Assembly (NCBI GenBank): GCA_951812775.1
Contig: OX638326.1
Coordinates: 3,823,180 to 3,887,179, forward strand
Reading direction: 5' to 3'
Source: an uncultured Alphaproteobacteria bacterium
GTDB taxonomy: Bacteria > Pseudomonadota > Alphaproteobacteria > MPNO01 > UBA2964
Length of the DNA: 64,000 nucleotides
A program made the position numbers and the translations under genes. The notes beneath the pieces are model-generated. The model was not told where the DNA came from. It did not search any database and saw nothing but the letters and a program-made list of their open reading frames with translations. This document shows, one piece after another, positions 62,458 through 64,000 of this stretch (positions are counted from its first letter, which is position 1; every line of letters starts with the position of its first letter).

Positions 62458-63604
62458 CGCGGGCGGTGCCGTCATACTCGATTATATCGGCAGTCGCGTA
62501 GGTCTCACTCCAGGTTGTCGGGAGATAACTGCCGGTGCCGATGACATCGACCGGCGCCTGTGCTTCGGCGAACAGATGGCATTTGGCCGGACCAAATCCG
62601 CTGGACGCGACAATCTTCGCTTTCTCAAAGCCTTCCTTGTCGAGGACCTCACGCATCCGCCAGATCGCTGCGGCAGAAACACCGGCACCAACGAGATAGG
62701 CGAGCTGCGCTTCTGAACGATAGCCGCGGACAACGTCTGGCACGTGGCGTTCCAGAACGGCATAGGAAGCAGCCGGGTCGAGCCCTTCAATGTATCGGCT
62801 GCCAGGTGTGTCGAGTCGGAACGACATTTGTCCCTGTTCAACGAGCTCGGGAAATTTTCTGCAGACCGCGAGCGTATCGGTCACCTCCTGGCCAAAATAA
62901 TCAACCAGCACTGTCATCGGCATATCAGGGAACGCGTCGCGGAACATTTCCGCGGCCCGCAAAGTACTACCTGCATACCCAATAAAAGCATGCGGCATGG
63001 TGCCTTTGCCGTCTTCTTCGCCGAAGTAATGCGCCGTGGCGTCGGTTGCATTGCCAACAAAGCCGATAGCGCCAACCTTTTTACGCGCTTTCGCAGAACC
63101 GACGGATGCCGCATAGGCCATCATTTCCGCCATGCTGGTGCCGGCGCAATGGCGGGCATCCATTGCCATAAAGGCAACTTTGGGCAGATCGGCACACATT
63201 GAATAGGCATTGTAAGCTGCGACACAGGCCGGTCCCAGTTTTTGCAGAAGTAAAGTCTCAAGATCAACAAGCTGCGAAAACGCGCCCGTGACATAGGCGA
63301 TAGGTTCGCCAGCACCGACCCATTTACCTTCCTTGTATTTTAGATCAATTTCAAAACGCGTGTTGCGTTCATCGGCAACTGCCTGAAGCCAGTCGAGCGC
63401 CAGTCGGGGGGCAGAAACAACGGGTCGCCTCATAAACAGGGCGTACGTGACCTGGGCATCGCCAAATTTGGCGACGGCTTCCTTGGTTCGCGAGAAATAC
63501 TTATCGGTCCAACTATCAATTTCCGGCTGACCGGTCGGCCAGCTGGCTTCGCCACTTTCTTTTGACGTGGTGGGTTTTCCCTTTGGGCTTACAGTGGCGG
63601 CCAT
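62423..63604 (-). CDS. nicotinate phosphoribosyltransferase-family protein
   Basis: 393 aa; type II phosphoribosyltransferase fold. Confidence 0.55.
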   Translation of the reverse strand: MAATVSPKGKPTTSKESGEASWPTGQPEIDSWTDKYFSRTKEAVAKFGDAQVTYALFMRRPVVSAPRLALDWLQAVADERNTRFEIDLKYKEGKWVGAGEPIAYVTGAFSQLVDLETLLLQKLGPACVAAYNAYSMCADLPKVAFMAMDARHCAGTSMAEMMAYAASVGSAKARKKVGAIGFVGNATDATAHYFGEEDGKGTMPHAFIGYAGSTLRAAEMFRDAFPDMPMTVLVDYFGQEVTDTLAVCRKFPELVEQGQMSFRLDTPGSRYIEGLDPAASYAVLERHVPDVVRGYRSEAQLAYLVGAGVSAAAIWRMREVLDKEGFEKAKIVASSGFGPAKCHLFAEAQAPVDVIGTGSYLPTTWSETYATADIIEYDGTARVKLGREFLLRR

Positions 63605-63720
63605 GATATTGCTCGTGTGCGCTTGGCGAGTAATCTATCGTATTCAAGCACATAATGGTCCCGAAGCGGTAGTGCCATTGTGCAATGATGTATTTGTTGA
63701 ACGAACGATATTGAAGGTCG

Positions 63721-64000
63721 AATGACTCCTTATAAAGAGCTTGAAGCCCGTTTTCGGCGCATTGGCGCGCTTGAGGAAGCAGAAGGTATTCTGCACTGGG
63801 ATATGTCGGTGATCATGCCCAAGGGTGGCGCGGAATCGCGTGCCGAACAGTTGGCGGCAATGAAACTCACCATTCACGGTATGCTGACGGATGCCGCCTT
63901 GGCAGATCTGCTGAATGCAGCCGAGGAAACGCCTATTGATGATCCTTGGCAGGCCGCTAATTTAAAGGAAATGCGGCGTCGTTGGCGGCATGCAAATGCT
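63721..64000 (+). CDS. M32 carboxypeptidase (Taq-like), 5' fragment running off the window
   Basis: MTPYKELEARFRRIGALEEAEGILHWDMSVIMPKGGAESRAEQLAAMKLTIHG matches the M32 N-terminus; no stop before position 64000. Confidence 0.5.

Overview
This 64 kb window looks like an alphaproteobacterial chromosome (roughly 52 % GC, Rhodospirillales- or Rhizobiales-like gene order). This is inference from gene content, not from a database hit.

It is dense with recognisable housekeeping and transport genes:
- tadA at the start
- a dctB/dctD two-component pair followed by a TRAP dctPQM C4-dicarboxylate transporter with a sigma-54 promoter
- a lipid A/LPS export block (lpxL-like, lpxK, waaA, a DUF374 acyltransferase, msbA)
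- purD and xseA
- ubiquinone genes ubiD and ubiA, plus pmbA, tldD, rsmE and plant-type gshA
- a complete aa3 cytochrome oxidase cluster (coxB, ctaD, ctaB, a small ORF, ctaG, ctaE, DUF983, SURF1)

Three accessory regions stand out.

1. A divergent FecR-domain / CHASE2-PAS-histidine-kinase / TpsB (ShlB/FhaC-type POTRA beta-barrel) locus at about 10.4-16 kb. All three genes are interrupted: a 1-nt frameshift in each of the first two and an in-frame TAG in the third.
2. A LysR regulator flanked by two VdcC/BsdC-like UbiD-family (de)carboxylase paralogs. Next to it sit a PhyH dioxygenase, a hydrolase, a TAXI-TRAP transporter, a thioesterase and two dehydrogenases. This may be an uncharacterised organic-acid (de)carboxylation or catabolic island.
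3. An AhpD/CMD-family gene whose redox motif reads C-x-x-TGA-x-x-x-H, with a hairpin 18 nt downstream. That fits a Sec-containing AhpD-like selenoprotein.

Four further genes are disrupted:
- an IalB homolog, in a C6 tract
- an aldehyde dehydrogenase
- a GAF-hybrid histidine kinase, by a perfect 19-bp tandem duplication
- an EamA transporter, in a TG repeat

Counting these, seven of about 55 genes are broken, all accessory, and all housekeeping genes are intact. That points either to real pseudogenisation of signalling and envelope functions or to systematic assembly error. Read coverage would distinguish the two.

No tRNA, rRNA, CRISPR array, transposase or integrase was recognised.
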